Assembly (NCBI GenBank): GCA_963847445.1
Contig: CAWJZV010000007.1
Coordinates: forward strand, 224,001-288,000
Direction of reading: 5' to 3'
Length of the DNA stretch: 64,000 nt
Source: an uncultured delta proteobacterium
Lineage (GTDB): Bacteria; Desulfobacterota; Binatia; UBA9968
This document shows, piece by piece, positions 1 through 11,187 of the stretch (the first letter of the stretch is position 1; each line of letters begins with the position of its first letter). A program made the position numbers and the translations under genes. The notes below the pieces were generated by a model that had not been told where the DNA came from, ran no database searches, and saw only the letters and a program-made list of their open reading frames with translations.

Positions 1-148
1 CGATGCTCAGCAGAATCGGTTTGTCTTCCGCCTTCGCCTTTTCGAACGCGTCCTCACCCCAGGCATACCAATCCACCGGATTATGCGCGTGTTGCAGCAA
101 ATACGGACTGGTCTCGTGAATCAACCGATTGGTATGTTTGTGTTCCAT
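1..148 (-). CDS. Thioredoxin-domain protein, YyaL/DUF255 (SPATA20-like); N-terminus only, runs off window
   Basis: Manual translation [49 protein letters not shown] contains the NRL..E.SPYL.QHA.NPVDW family signature. Confidence 0.9.
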   Translation of the reverse strand, partial: MEHKHTNRLIHETSPYLLQHAHNPVDWYAWGEDAFEKAKAEDKPILLSI

Positions 149-159
149 TGAATCTAAAC

Positions 160-255
160 ATTCCCCGCAGCTTGCTGCGGGGTCCATCAAATGGGGAATC
201 CAAAGGAGGCGAGCATCCCCTCTGGTCGCGTGAGGGGTCAATACCCCGTACGCGA
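160..255. repeat. Cluster of palindromes (REP/MITE-like)
   Basis: CCCCGCAGC-TT-GCTGCGGGG perfect hairpin, plus CGCGT-GA-GGGGT-CAAT-ACCCC-GT-ACGCG hairpin. Confidence 0.5.
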
Positions 256-277
256 AATGCCTTGTTTATTGATATCT

Positions 278-481
278 TCAGCGCACTTTCAGATCGAACG
301 CCACCGGACCTTTGTCGCCCTTGCGGGTTTGGAACTGCACCGTGTCGCCTTCGTTGATATCCTCGATCTGCACTCGCGGCGCTAAGCTGCTGCGATGAAA
401 GAACACATCCTCGCTGCTATCGTCCGGCTTGATAAACCCAAAACCTTTATCACGCATGATTTTCTTGATTACACCGGTCAT
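278..481 (-). CDS. Cold-shock domain protein
   Basis: RNP1 KGFGFI and RNP2 VFFH motifs, 67 aa; AGAGGTG RBS. Confidence 0.93.
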   Translation of the reverse strand: MTGVIKKIMRDKGFGFIKPDDSSEDVFFHRSSLAPRVQIEDINEGDTVQFQTRKGDKGPVAFDLKVR

Positions 482-518
482 CCTATCACCTCTTCCCTGC
501 GCCTAGCGCAGCGCTGGC

Positions 519-547
519 TTGACAATTCCTGAGCCGCTCCCTAGTTT
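519..547 (+). promoter_or_regulatory. Putative sigma70 promoter
   Basis: TTGACA-N17-TAGTTT upstream of ORF at 580; an inverted TTGACA (ATTGTCAA) follows. Confidence 0.45.
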
Positions 548-579
548 GAGATTGTCAATTTCATACAACTAAAAGCCGC

Positions 580-1661
580 TTGAGTTCAATTCTCTATTAT
601 ATAACCGGTCACGGCTTCGGCCACGCCGTGCGCTCGCAACAAGTAGTGCGCGCTCTGCTGGCAATCCGGCCGGAGCTGCGGATTCACGTCCGCACCACCG
701 CGCCGGAGTGGATTTTTCACGACACAATCACGCCGATCCATTATTCGCGCCAAGCCATCGATACCGGCATCGTCCAAGCCGACAGTCTGCACATGGAGTT
801 GGCGGCAACGCTCGCCGTCTGTCGTGCCATCTATGCCAACCCGCAGAAGCTCATCGATCAAGAATTGGCATTCGTTAAGGCCAACGCGATCGATCTCATC
901 GTCGCCGACACCCCGCCGCTCGCTTTTGAGATCGCCGCCCAAGCGGGTGTGCCGTCCGTCTCCATCACCAATTTTACCTGGGACGTGATCTATCGCGCTT
1001 ATGTAGAAGCGTACCCCGAATTCGCGCCCTTGATCGACACCATGACTCAATGTTACGGCAAAGCCACGCATGCGCTTACCCTACCATATCCTTGCGACAC
1101 CGCCATGTTTCCGCGCCAGCAAAGGATCCCGTGGATTGCCCGAACATCAGAATTAACCAAGAGCAGGCGCGCCAGGCTTTCGCCCTACCGCAGACAGCAA
1201 CCATCGTGTTGCTCAGCTTCGGCGGCCTGGGTCTCGATCGTTTACCGTGGAAACAAATGGCGCGGCAGCGGGAATACTTTTTTGTCATGACCGGAACCGG
1301 CCATCGACGCGAGAGCAATCTCCTGACCTTGCCGGAAACCCAAACTCACTACCAAGACCTGCTACGCGCGGCTGACGCGATCGTCACCAAACCCGGCTAT
1401 GGAATCGTCGCCGATGTGCTGGCCCAGCACGTGCCGATCCTGTACACCGATCGCGGCGACTTCGCCGAATATCCGCAGCTGGTAGCGGCGTTAAGCGACT
1501 GCGCCACGGCGGAGTTTATTCCACAGCAGGAGCTTCTGCGCGGCAATCTATCGCCCTATCTCAGTCGTTTGCTGGCCAAACCGCCGCATTGGCCCGACAT
1601 TGAATTGAACGGCGCCCAGGTCGCAGCGCAGAAGATTCTCGCGATGTTAGATCCGGCGTGA
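580..1661 (+). CDS. GT-B fold glycosyltransferase-like protein (resembles arabinokinase N-terminal domain); frameshift ~1165
   Basis: YYITGHGFGHAVR N-terminus; LLSFGG and KPGYGIV in second frame. Confidence 0.75.
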
Positions 1662-1723
1662 TTACCAGTGCGCCCTACGAGTTGACACTGTCGGCCGACT
1701 CAGCCAGACTCGAAAACAACTCT

Positions 1724-2663
1724 ATGGCCATTGAAAAAGTGATTCTCGCCAAACCCCGCGGCTTTTGTGCCGGCGTCGAAATGGCAATCGAGAGCGTCGA
1801 TCGGGCCTTGGCACAACATGGCGCGCCGCTCTACGTGTTTCATGAGATCGTCCACAATCAGTATGTCGTCGATAATTTCAAACAAAAAGGTGTCGTGTTT
1901 GTCAACTCGATCGCCGAAGTGCCGGCGGGATCGAATGTTATCTTCAGCGCCCACGGCGTCTCGCCGGCCATCTGGCAGCAGGCCAAAGAAAAACAGTTAC
2001 ACTGGGTCATCGACGCCACCTGTCCGCTGGTCGACAAAGTCCACCGCGAGGTACGCAAATTTGTCGCCCAAGACTACTGGATAATCCTGGTCGGCCACCG
2101 CGACCATGACGAGATTGTCGGCACTAGCGGCGAAGCGCCGCAGCGCACGCTGGTCGTCGAGAACGTCGCCGAAGCCAAAGCGATCATGCCGCCGAATCCG
2201 GAGAAACTCGTGGTCCTCACGCAAACGACACTGAGCGTCGATGACACCAAGGAAATCATTGACGTCCTCAAGCAGCGCTTTCCCAAGATGATCACGCCGG
2301 CCAAAGGAGGACATCTGCTACGCCACGCAAAACCGCCAGGACGCGGTCAAGCAATTGGCGCTGCACGTCGATCTGGTTCTGGTCATTGGTTCGAAGAATA
2401 GTGAAAACTCCAATCAACTGGTAAAAGTCGCCCGCGCCCTGGGCAAGCCGGCATACCTCATCGACGACCAGAGCGCCATCGACGCGCAATGGTTGAAGGG
2501 AATTTCAATAGTCGGCATCACTTCCGGCGCATCGGTGCCGGAACAACTGGTCCAACAGGCCGTGGAGTTTTTTCAAAGCCAAGGCGCAACGGTGGAACAA
2601 CTCGGCTTAGTCGAAGAGAATATCCATTTTGCCCTACCCAGCGAGGTTACCGCCCTACAGTAA
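1724..2663 (+). CDS. ispH: 4-hydroxy-3-methylbut-2-enyl diphosphate reductase; frameshift ~2310
   Basis: PRGFCAGV, HEIVHN, SAHG, DATCPLV, QTTLS, S.NS and GITSGASVP motifs. Confidence 0.95.
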
Positions 2664-2706
2664 TCGATATCTGGCTGGCGATTCTAAACGGAATGAAGGA
2701 GTCCCC

Positions 2707-3099
2707 ATGGCGCGCATCGTTCACATCGCCGTCAAAGTTGACGATTTAGAAAAGGCCACGGAGTTTTACGAAAAGACCTTTGGCTTCGTCGAAGTGCAAA
2801 CCGGCCAAGTCCGTGACCATACGTCGCGCCACCTGAGCGACGGCGCCATCGACCTCGCTCTGATCAAATATGACAGCGAAGATTCGGCCGAATCCCGCGC
2901 CGCCGGTCTGGGACCATGCATCCATCACTTCGGCATCGAAGTCGACGACATGAAAATGTCGGCCGCCGAGTTGGCAAAATACGGCTGTGAAATCATCAGC
3001 GCACCGGGCGTGATCCCGATCAAATTCCGCGCCCCCGGCGGCACGGTCGCGGAAATCTCACCCAAAGCGCGCTACAAGCAGACAAAAGACAACTCCTAA
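2707..3099 (+). CDS. VOC/glyoxalase family protein
   Basis: HIAVKVDDLEKATEFYEKTFG and IHHFGIEVDD; AAGGAG RBS. Confidence 0.88.
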   Translation: MARIVHIAVKVDDLEKATEFYEKTFGFVEVQTGQVRDHTSRHLSDGAIDLALIKYDSEDSAESRAAGLGPCIHHFGIEVDDMKMSAAELAKYGCEIISAPGVIPIKFRAPGGTVAEISPKARYKQTKDNS

Positions 3100-3121
3100 C
3101 TAAAACGAAGGAGCATCGACA

Positions 3122-3591
3122 ATGCCGCTACATTGCAAGGCCGAGAATATTCCTAATCGCCAAGTCGTCCGCAGCGGCGAACAGGGCGTCGGGTCGATGG
3201 TTGTTAAACGCGCCTACGGCCGCGAATGCAGCTTGATGCACGCGGTGCGCGCACCGGGCTATCACACCACGCCTCACGCCCATGCCGCCGAGCAGCTCAA
3301 TCATGTGCTCCATGGCGAGATTTGGTTCTTCGTCGAAAATGAAGGGTTTCTTTGCAAAGCCGGCGACTTCCAGCGCGTGCCGTCTAACAAGATTCACTGG
3401 GCGTGGAACCGTTCCAACGCCGATGCCATCGTCGTCGAGGCCCATTCTCCGGCGCTGGTCGCCGGGCCGCAGAGCGAAGGCTCCATCGGTCTCTTCGCGA
3501 CGGGGAAATCGCCGAAGCGAAAGAGCCGAGCCAAAACAACTTCGTGGCTTACGACTGGCAGGGCGTCGAACGAAAAATATTTGGCGGCTAG
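3122..3591 (+). CDS. Cupin domain protein; frameshift near C-terminus
   Basis: PHAHAAEQLNHV..G and RVPSNKIH cupin motifs; probable C-terminus ...YDWQGVERKIFGG* in alternate frame. Confidence 0.85.
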
Positions 3592-3637
3592 TCATTTCCA
3601 TAGCGCCAAACCTCGCTATGCTTTAAACCGAAAATGC

Positions 3638-3840
3638 GCAGTTCTGCCTCAGCAACCCATCCGGCGAGGGGTTAGCCGGGAGCAGTGAAGCCACTGAACT
3701 GCATAGTCGCAAGTCATCCTTCACGCGCAGCGCTAAACTTACTCTTACCTCACGCGCCAAGCGGACCCACCCAAGTCACAGCCAGGCAGAGGTAGAGACC
3801 CATTGGCTTCACCGCAGAGGGCTTGCCCCTTGCCGCCCTC
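3638..3840 (-). ncRNA. Candidate structured RNA of unknown class
   Basis: 15-bp closing stem and several internal stems; pairings improve via G-U on the minus strand (folded by eye only). Confidence 0.35.
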
Positions 3841-3934
3841 CTCACCTCCAGCCGCGATCAGGAGCGAAAGCGATGGCCATAGACAAATTCACTTGTGAAA
3901 AATTCCGATCAGGGGTAATAACCGCACACAGCCG

Positions 3935-4405
3935 ATGCTCCCTGGAATTCGCGATAAGACCGGTTTCACTGCCGCACTGTGCCTAGCTGTATTCGGCGTT
4001 TATGTCACATACACCGGCTCGAAGCTCGCCTATGTATCGGATGTCGGTCCCGGACCGGGCTTCTTTCCGTTCTGGATCGGCACCGGCCTACTGCTGTTTG
4101 CCTGCTACCAGACGATTCTGAGCTTGTCGGCGCCGCGACAGCAAAGCGAAACAGCCGAGCTTAGCTGGCGCGGCTCCGGTCGCGCCCTCGCCGGCTGGCT
4201 CACCATGGCGCTATCGATTTTTCTTTACCGTTGGCTCGGCTTCGCCGCCAGTTTCGTGCTCCTGACAGTCTTTTTTATCGCCGTGATCGAACGCCGGCCC
4301 GCCTTGCCCGCGCTTGGCATTGGCGTCGCCCTGGCTCTGACTTTTCATTTGCTCTTTGTTGTCGCGCTGGGAGTTTCATTGCCCGTCGGCCCCTGGGGTT
4401 TCTGA
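3935..4405 (+). CDS. tctB: Tripartite tricarboxylate transporter small permease TctB
   Basis: GPGPGFFP motif, about 4 TM segments, ends LGVSLP.GPWGF; precedes tctA. Confidence 0.88.
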   Translation: MLPGIRDKTGFTAALCLAVFGVYVTYTGSKLAYVSDVGPGPGFFPFWIGTGLLLFACYQTILSLSAPRQQSETAELSWRGSGRALAGWLTMALSIFLYRWLGFAASFVLLTVFFIAVIERRPALPALGIGVALALTFHLLFVVALGVSLPVGPWGF

Positions 4406-4428
4406 GTTTTTAAACAACTAGCGCAATC

Positions 4429-5941
4429 ATGGACGCACTGGCAAATCTTCTGCTGGGCTTTTCGGTGGCGCTGGCACCGGTCAATCTATTTTGGTGTTTT
4501 GTCGGCGTGGTTTTGGGCACCATCGTCGGTGTGCTCCCAGGCTTGGGACCGGCCGCCACCATCGCCATGTTGCTGCCGCTCACGCTCAAGATGGATCACA
4601 CCACGGCGATCATCACCTTGGCGGGGATTTTCTACGGCGCCCGTTACGGCGGCTCGACAACGTCGATATTGCTCAACATGCCGGGCGAGTCGTCTTCGGT
4701 TGCGACCTGTCTCGACGGCTACCAGATGGCCCGCAACGGCCGGGCCGGCGCCGCGTTGGGAATCTCCGCCATCGCTTCGTTTATCGCCGGCACCGTGGGC
4801 GTGCTCGGATTGATGCTGATCGCGCCGCCGCTGGCGCGTTTCGCTTTGCGTTTCGCCCCGCCGGAATATTTCGCCCTGATGGTCCTGGGCCTCGCCATGG
4901 TGGTATTTCTCGCCGGCGATTCCATGGTCAAAGCGCTGTTGGCGCTGCTTGTCGGTTTGTGGCTCGCCACCATCGGCACGGATTTGTTTACCGCCGAATC
5001 GCGCTTCACCTTCGGTCAGGCAAAACTGCTTGGCGGCGTCGATTTTATCGCCGCCACGGTCGGCATCTTCGCCGTCGGTGAAGTGCTGGTGAATTTAGAA
5101 TCCCGCGCCGGCGGCGAGATCGTCAAACTACCCAGGGGAATTAGAAATCTGTTGCCGACGCTGCAAGATCTCAAGGACTGCCGCTTCGCCTTTGTCAACG
5201 GTTCTTTAATCGGCTTTTTCGTCGGCGCGCTACCCGGCGCCGGTGCCACCGTCGCGTCCTTCTTATCCTACGGTCTGGAAAAGGCGGTATCGCGCCATCC
5301 GGAAAAATTCGGCACCGGCGTCATCGAAGGGGTCGCCGCCCCCGAGGGCGCCAACAACGCCGATGCCGGCGGCGCGCTGGTGCCCTTGCTGACTTTAGGC
5401 ATTCCCGGCGGTAACACGACGGCGATCTTGCTCGGTGGACTGATTTTATGGGGTTACAAACCCGGGCCGCTGCTGATCCAGGAACATCCGCAACTGTTTT
5501 GGGGACTGGTGGCGAGCATGTATGTGGGCAACTTCTTGCTCTTGGTGCTCAATCTGCCGCTGGTGCCGCTGTTCGCGCAGATTTTGCGCCTGCCCAGCTA
5601 TGTGCTCCATCCGTTCATCATCGGCATCTCCGTGGTCGGCGTCTATAGCGTCAATAACAGTCTTTTCGATGTCTGGATGATGGCACTGTTCGGTCTCTTG
5701 GGCTATTTAATGCGCAAGCTCGATTTCCCGGCCGCGGCATTGATCTTAGGTCTGGTTTTGGGCGATGTACTGGAACGGGCGCTGCGCCAGTCGTTAATGA
5801 TGTCCCAGGGCGATCTGGCGATTCTTGTAAATCGGCCGATCTCGGCGACCTTGTTGGCGATTGCCGTAGTGCTATTGTGTCTTCCCGCGCTGCGCTGGGT
5901 ACGCGCTTGGCGTGCCGACGCGGTGCGAACGGGAAGGTTAA
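4429..5941 (+). CDS. tctA: Tripartite tricarboxylate transporter large permease TctA; true stop probably ~5941
   Basis: G..PGLG, YGGS..SILLN.PG, PEGANNA and LTLGIPG motifs. Confidence 0.93.
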
Positions 5942-5977
5942 AAGAAACTGTCAGCCAAAGAGGAAGGAGCCCCACCG

Positions 5978-6962
5978 ATGAGACGAATCAGCTATTTATT
6001 CCCCGTCGTGCTAGTTGGCGCCGCAACGCTATTACCGCGTCCCGGCGCAAGCCAGGAATTCAAACCGAGCAAGCAGATTGAAACCGTGGTCCACACCGGC
6101 CCCGGCGGCGGCTCGGATCTTTTCGCCCGTGCCATCGCCGAAATGCTGCAAAAAGAAAAACTGATTGCCCAGCGCATGCAGGTGGTCAACAAATCCGGCG
6201 GCGGCCCGGCCGTCGCCATGGCTTACCTCGCTGAGAAAAAGGCCGACACCCACACCGTTGGCTTTTACACGGGTGTCTGGGTGACTAATCCGTTGACCAC
6301 GGTTGAAGCGACGGTGACGTTGAAAGACTTGACGCCGATTACGCCGTTTGGTTTTGGAGCCGGCGGTGATCGCGGTCAAGGCCGACTCGCCTTATAAAAC
6401 CGTGAAGGATTTCGTCGAAGCGGCGAAGAAGAATCCTAAACAGCTCAATCAATCCGGCGGCACGATTCTTTCACGCGACAATCTCATGCGCCTGCTTTTG
6501 CAAAAAGCCACCGGCGCCCAGTGGAACTTTATTTCCTTCCCGAGCGGCGGTGAACGGTTGTCCAATCTACTCGGCGGCCATGTGCAAATGATGGTCATCG
6601 AACCGCAGGAAGCCGGAGAACAGATTCGCGCCGGCAACCTGCGGGTGATCGCGACGCTCACGGAAAAACGCTTGGCTTCACTGCCGAACGTGCCGACGAT
6701 CAAAGAGCAGGGCATCGACGTGCCGTTGATTCCCCAGGCACGCGGCCTGCTTCTGCCGCCGGCCGCGCCAAAAGAAGTCGTCGCCTATTGGGAAGGCGTG
6801 TTCGACGCTTTCGTGAAAACCCCGAGCTGGAAACAGTACGTCGAACAAAATCAGTTCGAAGATGCCTACCTCAAAGGCGCAGCGCTCAATAAATTCATCG
6901 ACGCCCTCAAAGATCAAATGCGCGAAGTGCTCAAAGAAGCCGGCGCCAAAGTGATTCGCTAA
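5978..6962 (+). CDS. tctC: Tripartite tricarboxylate transporter substrate-binding protein TctC (Bug); frameshift ~6345
   Basis: Signal peptide, GPGGGSDLFAR, VVNKSGGG and LPNVPTIKEQG. Confidence 0.9.
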
Positions 6963-6971
6963 GGCAAGGCA

Positions 6972-8341
6972 ATGAATGCAACCCAGACCCTGGCGCGCTA
7001 CGCGCTCAAACTACGCTACCGCGACATTCCCAGCGAAGTGATCGAGCGCGCCAAGGCGTGCATCCTCGATACTCTGGCCGTTTCGCTCTATGGCTCGACC
7101 AAGCCGTGGAGCAAAACCGTCAGCGAATTTGTCCGCAGCGCCGGCTCGAAAGGCAACGCCACCGTCTTCGGCGCCAAGCAAAAAGCGTCTCCGGAACGTG
7201 CCGCCCTGGCCAATGGCACCATGGCCCATGCCTTCGAACTCGACAATGTCCGCCAACCCGGAGCAGGTGTTCATCCCGGCGCGACGGCTTTTTTGCCAGC
7301 CTTCGCCGTGGCGGAAAATGAAAAGGCCGATGGCAAAGCGTTGCTTACGGCATTCGTCGCCGGCTGTGAGGTGATGTCGCGCATCGGAGTCGCCGCTGGC
7401 AATTCTCTCGAGCGGCGCGGTTTTCATGCGCCTGGATTGACCGGCACCTTCGGCGCCGCCGTCGCCGCCGGCCGATTGTTAAAGCTCGAACGAAAAACAG
7501 TTGGTCAACGCCTTGGGCATCGCCGGTTCCTACTCCGGCGGCTTGATCGAATTCTCGCGCTGCCAGGAAGGCGCCATGATCAAGCGGCTGCATCTTGGCA
7601 AGGCCGCCGAGGGCGGCGTCACCGCGGCGCTGTTGGCCAGCCGCGGCTTCGCCGGTCCCGAAAGCGTGCTCGAAGGCAAATTCGGTTTCTGCCAGAGCTT
7701 TTCCGATTCGCCTAAGCTGGAATATCTAACTCATCGCTTGGGCAAAGAATGGGAGAGCATGAACATCTGCATCAAGCGTTGCGCCTGTCATATCAACGCC
7801 CACGCACCGATTGAAGCATTGCAAAATCTGCGCGCCGAGCTTGGCTTCCGCCCCGAGGACATTCGCGCCATCACCATCGGCGGCATTGAAAAACTGCTCA
7901 GCCATCACGCCAACTACCAACCCACCGATCTGATGATGGCGCAGTACAGCATTCCCTTTTGTGCCGCCCTGAGCGTTTATTTCGATCCCACCGATCCGGC
8001 GAGCTTCGACGCGGGCAAACTCAAGAACAAAAAGATCGCCGCGCTGATGCGCAAGATTCACCTCGAAGTGGATCACGAAATCGAAGAAAAAGGCTGGGAC
8101 CGTGCCGCGCGGGTGACCATCGAACTCGCCGACAAGCGGCGTGAATCGAAGCTGGTCATCCATTTCAAAGGCACGCCGCACAATCCACTGAGCGCCGCAG
8201 AAGTACAAGCCAAAGCAAGCAAACTTACGCGCGGGATTATCACCGAGCGGCAGTTAGATGAAGCTGGTGAATCTGGTCGAGCATTTAGAAAAAGTCGCCG
8301 ATGTCGGACAAATCGGCGACCTGTTACGCGGCGCAAGATGA
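6972..8341 (+). CDS. MmgE/PrpD family protein; frameshifts ~7500 and ~8260
   Basis: AALANGTMAHAFELD, VHPG, RGFH, KRLHLG, FEGK-like LEGKFGF, QYSIPF and KG.P.NPLS. Confidence 0.88.
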
Positions 8342-9459
8342 AAATTGCTGCGATCGACGGTTATGCGCTGATTCTGCCGGTAAAGGAAATCTACGGCGGT
8401 GCCGCCGGCTATCTCGAAGACTGCCGGACCCTCATCATCAGGGTCGAAACCGACAATGGCATCGAGGGTTGGGGCGAAGCCACCCAAGGCCGCCCCGGCA
8501 ACACCTATGAGACATTGGAAACCATGGCGATCATGGTGCGGCGCTATTTCGCGCCGGCGCTGATCGGCATGGACGTCGAAGAAACCGGCGCGGTAATAAA
8601 CCAACTGCATGGCGTGCGCTCTGGTCATCCGATCAGCTAAAGCCGGCGTTGAAATCGCCATCTACGATGCCGTGGCGAAATTTTATAAGCTGCCGCTCTA
8701 TCGTCTGCTCGGCGGCCCCTACCGGCGCCAGATCGAATTGGTCGGCGGCCTCGGCATGGATCTCGGCGCCGAGACCATCGGCGCCAAGGCTCAGCAGTTG
8801 AAACAAGACGGTTATCGCCAGTTCAAACTCAAGATCGGTCATAAAGATTTGCAAAAAGATATCGACCGCGTTCGTGCTGTCCGAGAGGTGGTTGGCGACG
8901 AAGCGTCGATTCGCGTCGATGGCAATGCCAGCTATTCATTCGCCGACGCCCGCGAGTTATTGAATGCTTTGAGCTGTTATCACCTATCCGACGCTGAGCA
9001 GCCTTTGGCGCGTGGCGATTTAAAAAGCTTAGCCGAACTGCGCCGCGCCGTCGGCGTGCCCATCGCCGCCCAGGAAAGCGTCACCTCGCCTGAAGACGCA
9101 TTGGCGCGTGCTCGAAGCCGGCGCCGCCGATCTGTTGAAAATCAAGCTTACCCATATCGGCGGCTTTCGACGCGCGTTGCAAGTTGCCGCCATAGTCGGT
9201 GCCAAAGCGTCTGCCGGTGGTCATCGGCCAAGGTAGTGCCTGCACGCCGATCCTGTCGGCAGCGGAAATGCACCTGCACGCGGCGATGAACAACGCCCAA
9301 CCGGGCGGCGAAATGACCGGCTTCCTACGGCTCGGCGAGCAAGATATTTTAAGCGGGATCGAGTTGAAGCATGCGCGCGCGACACTCACGAACAGAGCCG
9401 GTCTAGGCATCACGGTGAATCGAGAAAAATTGGCGCAACAAGCAGCTAACAATTTCTAG
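8338..9459 (+). CDS. Mandelate racemase/muconate lactonizing enzyme (enolase superfamily); several frameshifts
   Basis: ETDNGIEGWGE, KLKIG, RVDGN, EQP and GLGI motifs; ATGA overlap with upstream gene. Confidence 0.85.
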
Positions 9460-9499
9460 CGGTGCAATCGATCATTCTTTCCGAGTCATTCCGCAATAT

Positions 9500-9555
9500 T
9501 GCATAGATTTTAAGGCATGTGCTTGAAAAATAGGCATCAGCCTAATTGTCGAGCA
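9500..9555. promoter_or_regulatory. Three tandem NtrC-type enhancer boxes
   Basis: TGCATAGATTTTAAGGCA, TGCTTGAAAAATAGGCA and AGCCTAATTGTCGAGCA resemble TGCAC-N7-GTGCA; upstream of the sigma54 site. Confidence 0.65.
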
Positions 9556-9608
9556 TCGGCATTGCTGCGGAAGCAATCGATAAATCTATGAAATTTTTCA
9601 TGAACTTA

Positions 9609-9624
9609 TGGCATAACGGTTGCT
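9609..9624 (+). promoter_or_regulatory. Sigma54 -24/-12 promoter of amtB-glnA-glnB
   Basis: TGGCAT-AACGG-TTGCT matches TGGCAC-N5-TTGC. Confidence 0.85.
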
Positions 9625-9697
9625 CCAGAAGACCATAGAGTTATCGATCAACTTTCTAGCGCCTATTATTCTTGCAACTAAACGGGGAGGTTCGGTT

Positions 9698-11092
9698 GTG
9701 AAGCAGCCAAATAAATTTCGCTCATTGTCTGTTTTTCCTACCAGTGCTGCTGGCATTGTTGTTGGGAACTTCGACGCAAGCTCAAGAGACTCCGTCCGCG
9801 CCTGCCCCGGCAGTAAGCGCGCCTGCTCCAACCGCCGCTCCGGCACCAAGCGCACCGCCGGCAGCGCCGAAGATCGACAAAGGCGACAACGCCTGGATGC
9901 TGACCTCTTCAGCCCTCGTCCTGATGATGACGATCCCCGGTCTGTTTCTTTTCTATGGCGGTCTCGTGCGCAGCAAAAATGTTCTCGGCACGATCATGCA
10001 TAGTTTCATCTTGGTCGGCGTCGTCACGATGCAGTGGGTACTGTGGGGTTATTCGGTCGCTTTCGGCCCTGACATTGGCGGTCTATTCGGTTCCCTCGCT
10101 TGGGTTGGGTTGAATGGTGTCGGCGTCGAGCCGAATCCGGACTATGCCGCCACCATCCCCCATATGACCTTTATGGTTTATCAGATGATGTTCGCTATCA
10201 TCACCCCGGCGTTGATCACCGGTGCCTTCGCCGAACGGGCCAAATTCAGCACTTTCCTGGTCTTCATGATTCTGTGGACGACCATTGTATACGATCCCCT
10301 GGCCCATTGGGTTTGGGGCGTCAAGGGCTGGATGCGCGAGATGGGCGCGCTGGATTTTGCCGGCGGCACGGTGGTGCATATTAGCTCGGGGGCGTCGGCC
10401 TTGGTGGCAGCGATCATGTTCGGCCGCCGCATCGGCTACGGCCAAGAAGCGATGCCGCCGCATAATCTACCGTACAGCGTCATCGGCGCGGGCCTTCTCT
10501 GGGTCGGCTGGTTTGGTTTTAATGCCGGTAGCGCACTGGCCGCCGATGGCTTGGCGACTTCAGCTTTTGTCGCTACCCATGTCGCCGCCGCCGCGGCTGC
10601 GCTAGCCTGGCTGGCGATGGACTGGATGCGCGGCAAACCGACCATGCTCGGTGCCGCCAGCGGTGCGGTCGCGGGATTAGTTGCGATCACTCCAGGCGGC
10701 GGGTTTCGTTAGTCCGATGTCCGCGCTGATCATTGGCGTCGGCGGCGGCATGCTGTGCTCCATCGCTTGCAGCCTAAAACCAAAATTTGGTTACGACGAT
10801 TCGCTCGATGTCGTCGGCGTGCATGGGGTCGGCGGCACCTGGGGCGCCCTGGCGACCGGCCTATTCGCTTCGAAAGCGGTCAACGCCGCCGGCAACGACG
10901 GTCTTTTCTTCGGCAACCCCGGGCAACTTTGGACCCAGTTCGTTAGCTGTCGTGGTAACCATCGTATTCGCCATGGTCGTTACGGCAATTATTCTAGCGA
11001 TCCTAAAAGCGACCATGGGCCTGCGCGTCGCCGACGATGAAGAGCGCATGGGTTTGGATTTGACTCAGCATAACGAGCGCGCTTACGAATAA
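9698..11092 (+). CDS. amtB: Ammonium transporter; frameshifted
   Basis: FYGGLVR.KN, YQMMFAIITPALITGAFAER, DFAGGTVVH, WFGFNAGS, DDSLDV.GVHG and GLDLTQH.E.AY. Confidence 0.95.
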
Positions 11093-11187
11093 GCCAGCTG
11101 CAACGGGACTGGTTCTCGCTGGAAGAATGTGATAACTGGTGTGCGTTTTCAAAATAAATCTAACACTCAGCTGAGAGGAGCAAATAG

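Noticed and set aside
3638-3840. Cobalamin, SAM-I, ZTP or guanidine riboswitch
   Set aside because: Only isolated words match (GCCACTG, CCTCAGCAACC, CCGGGAG); the other conserved core motifs are missing
7501-8640. Apparent PrpD-enolase fusion (and TctA read-through into tctC at 5941-6081)
   Set aside because: Caused by indels near the 3' ends; natural stops exist at 8339-8341 (ATGA overlap) and about 5941
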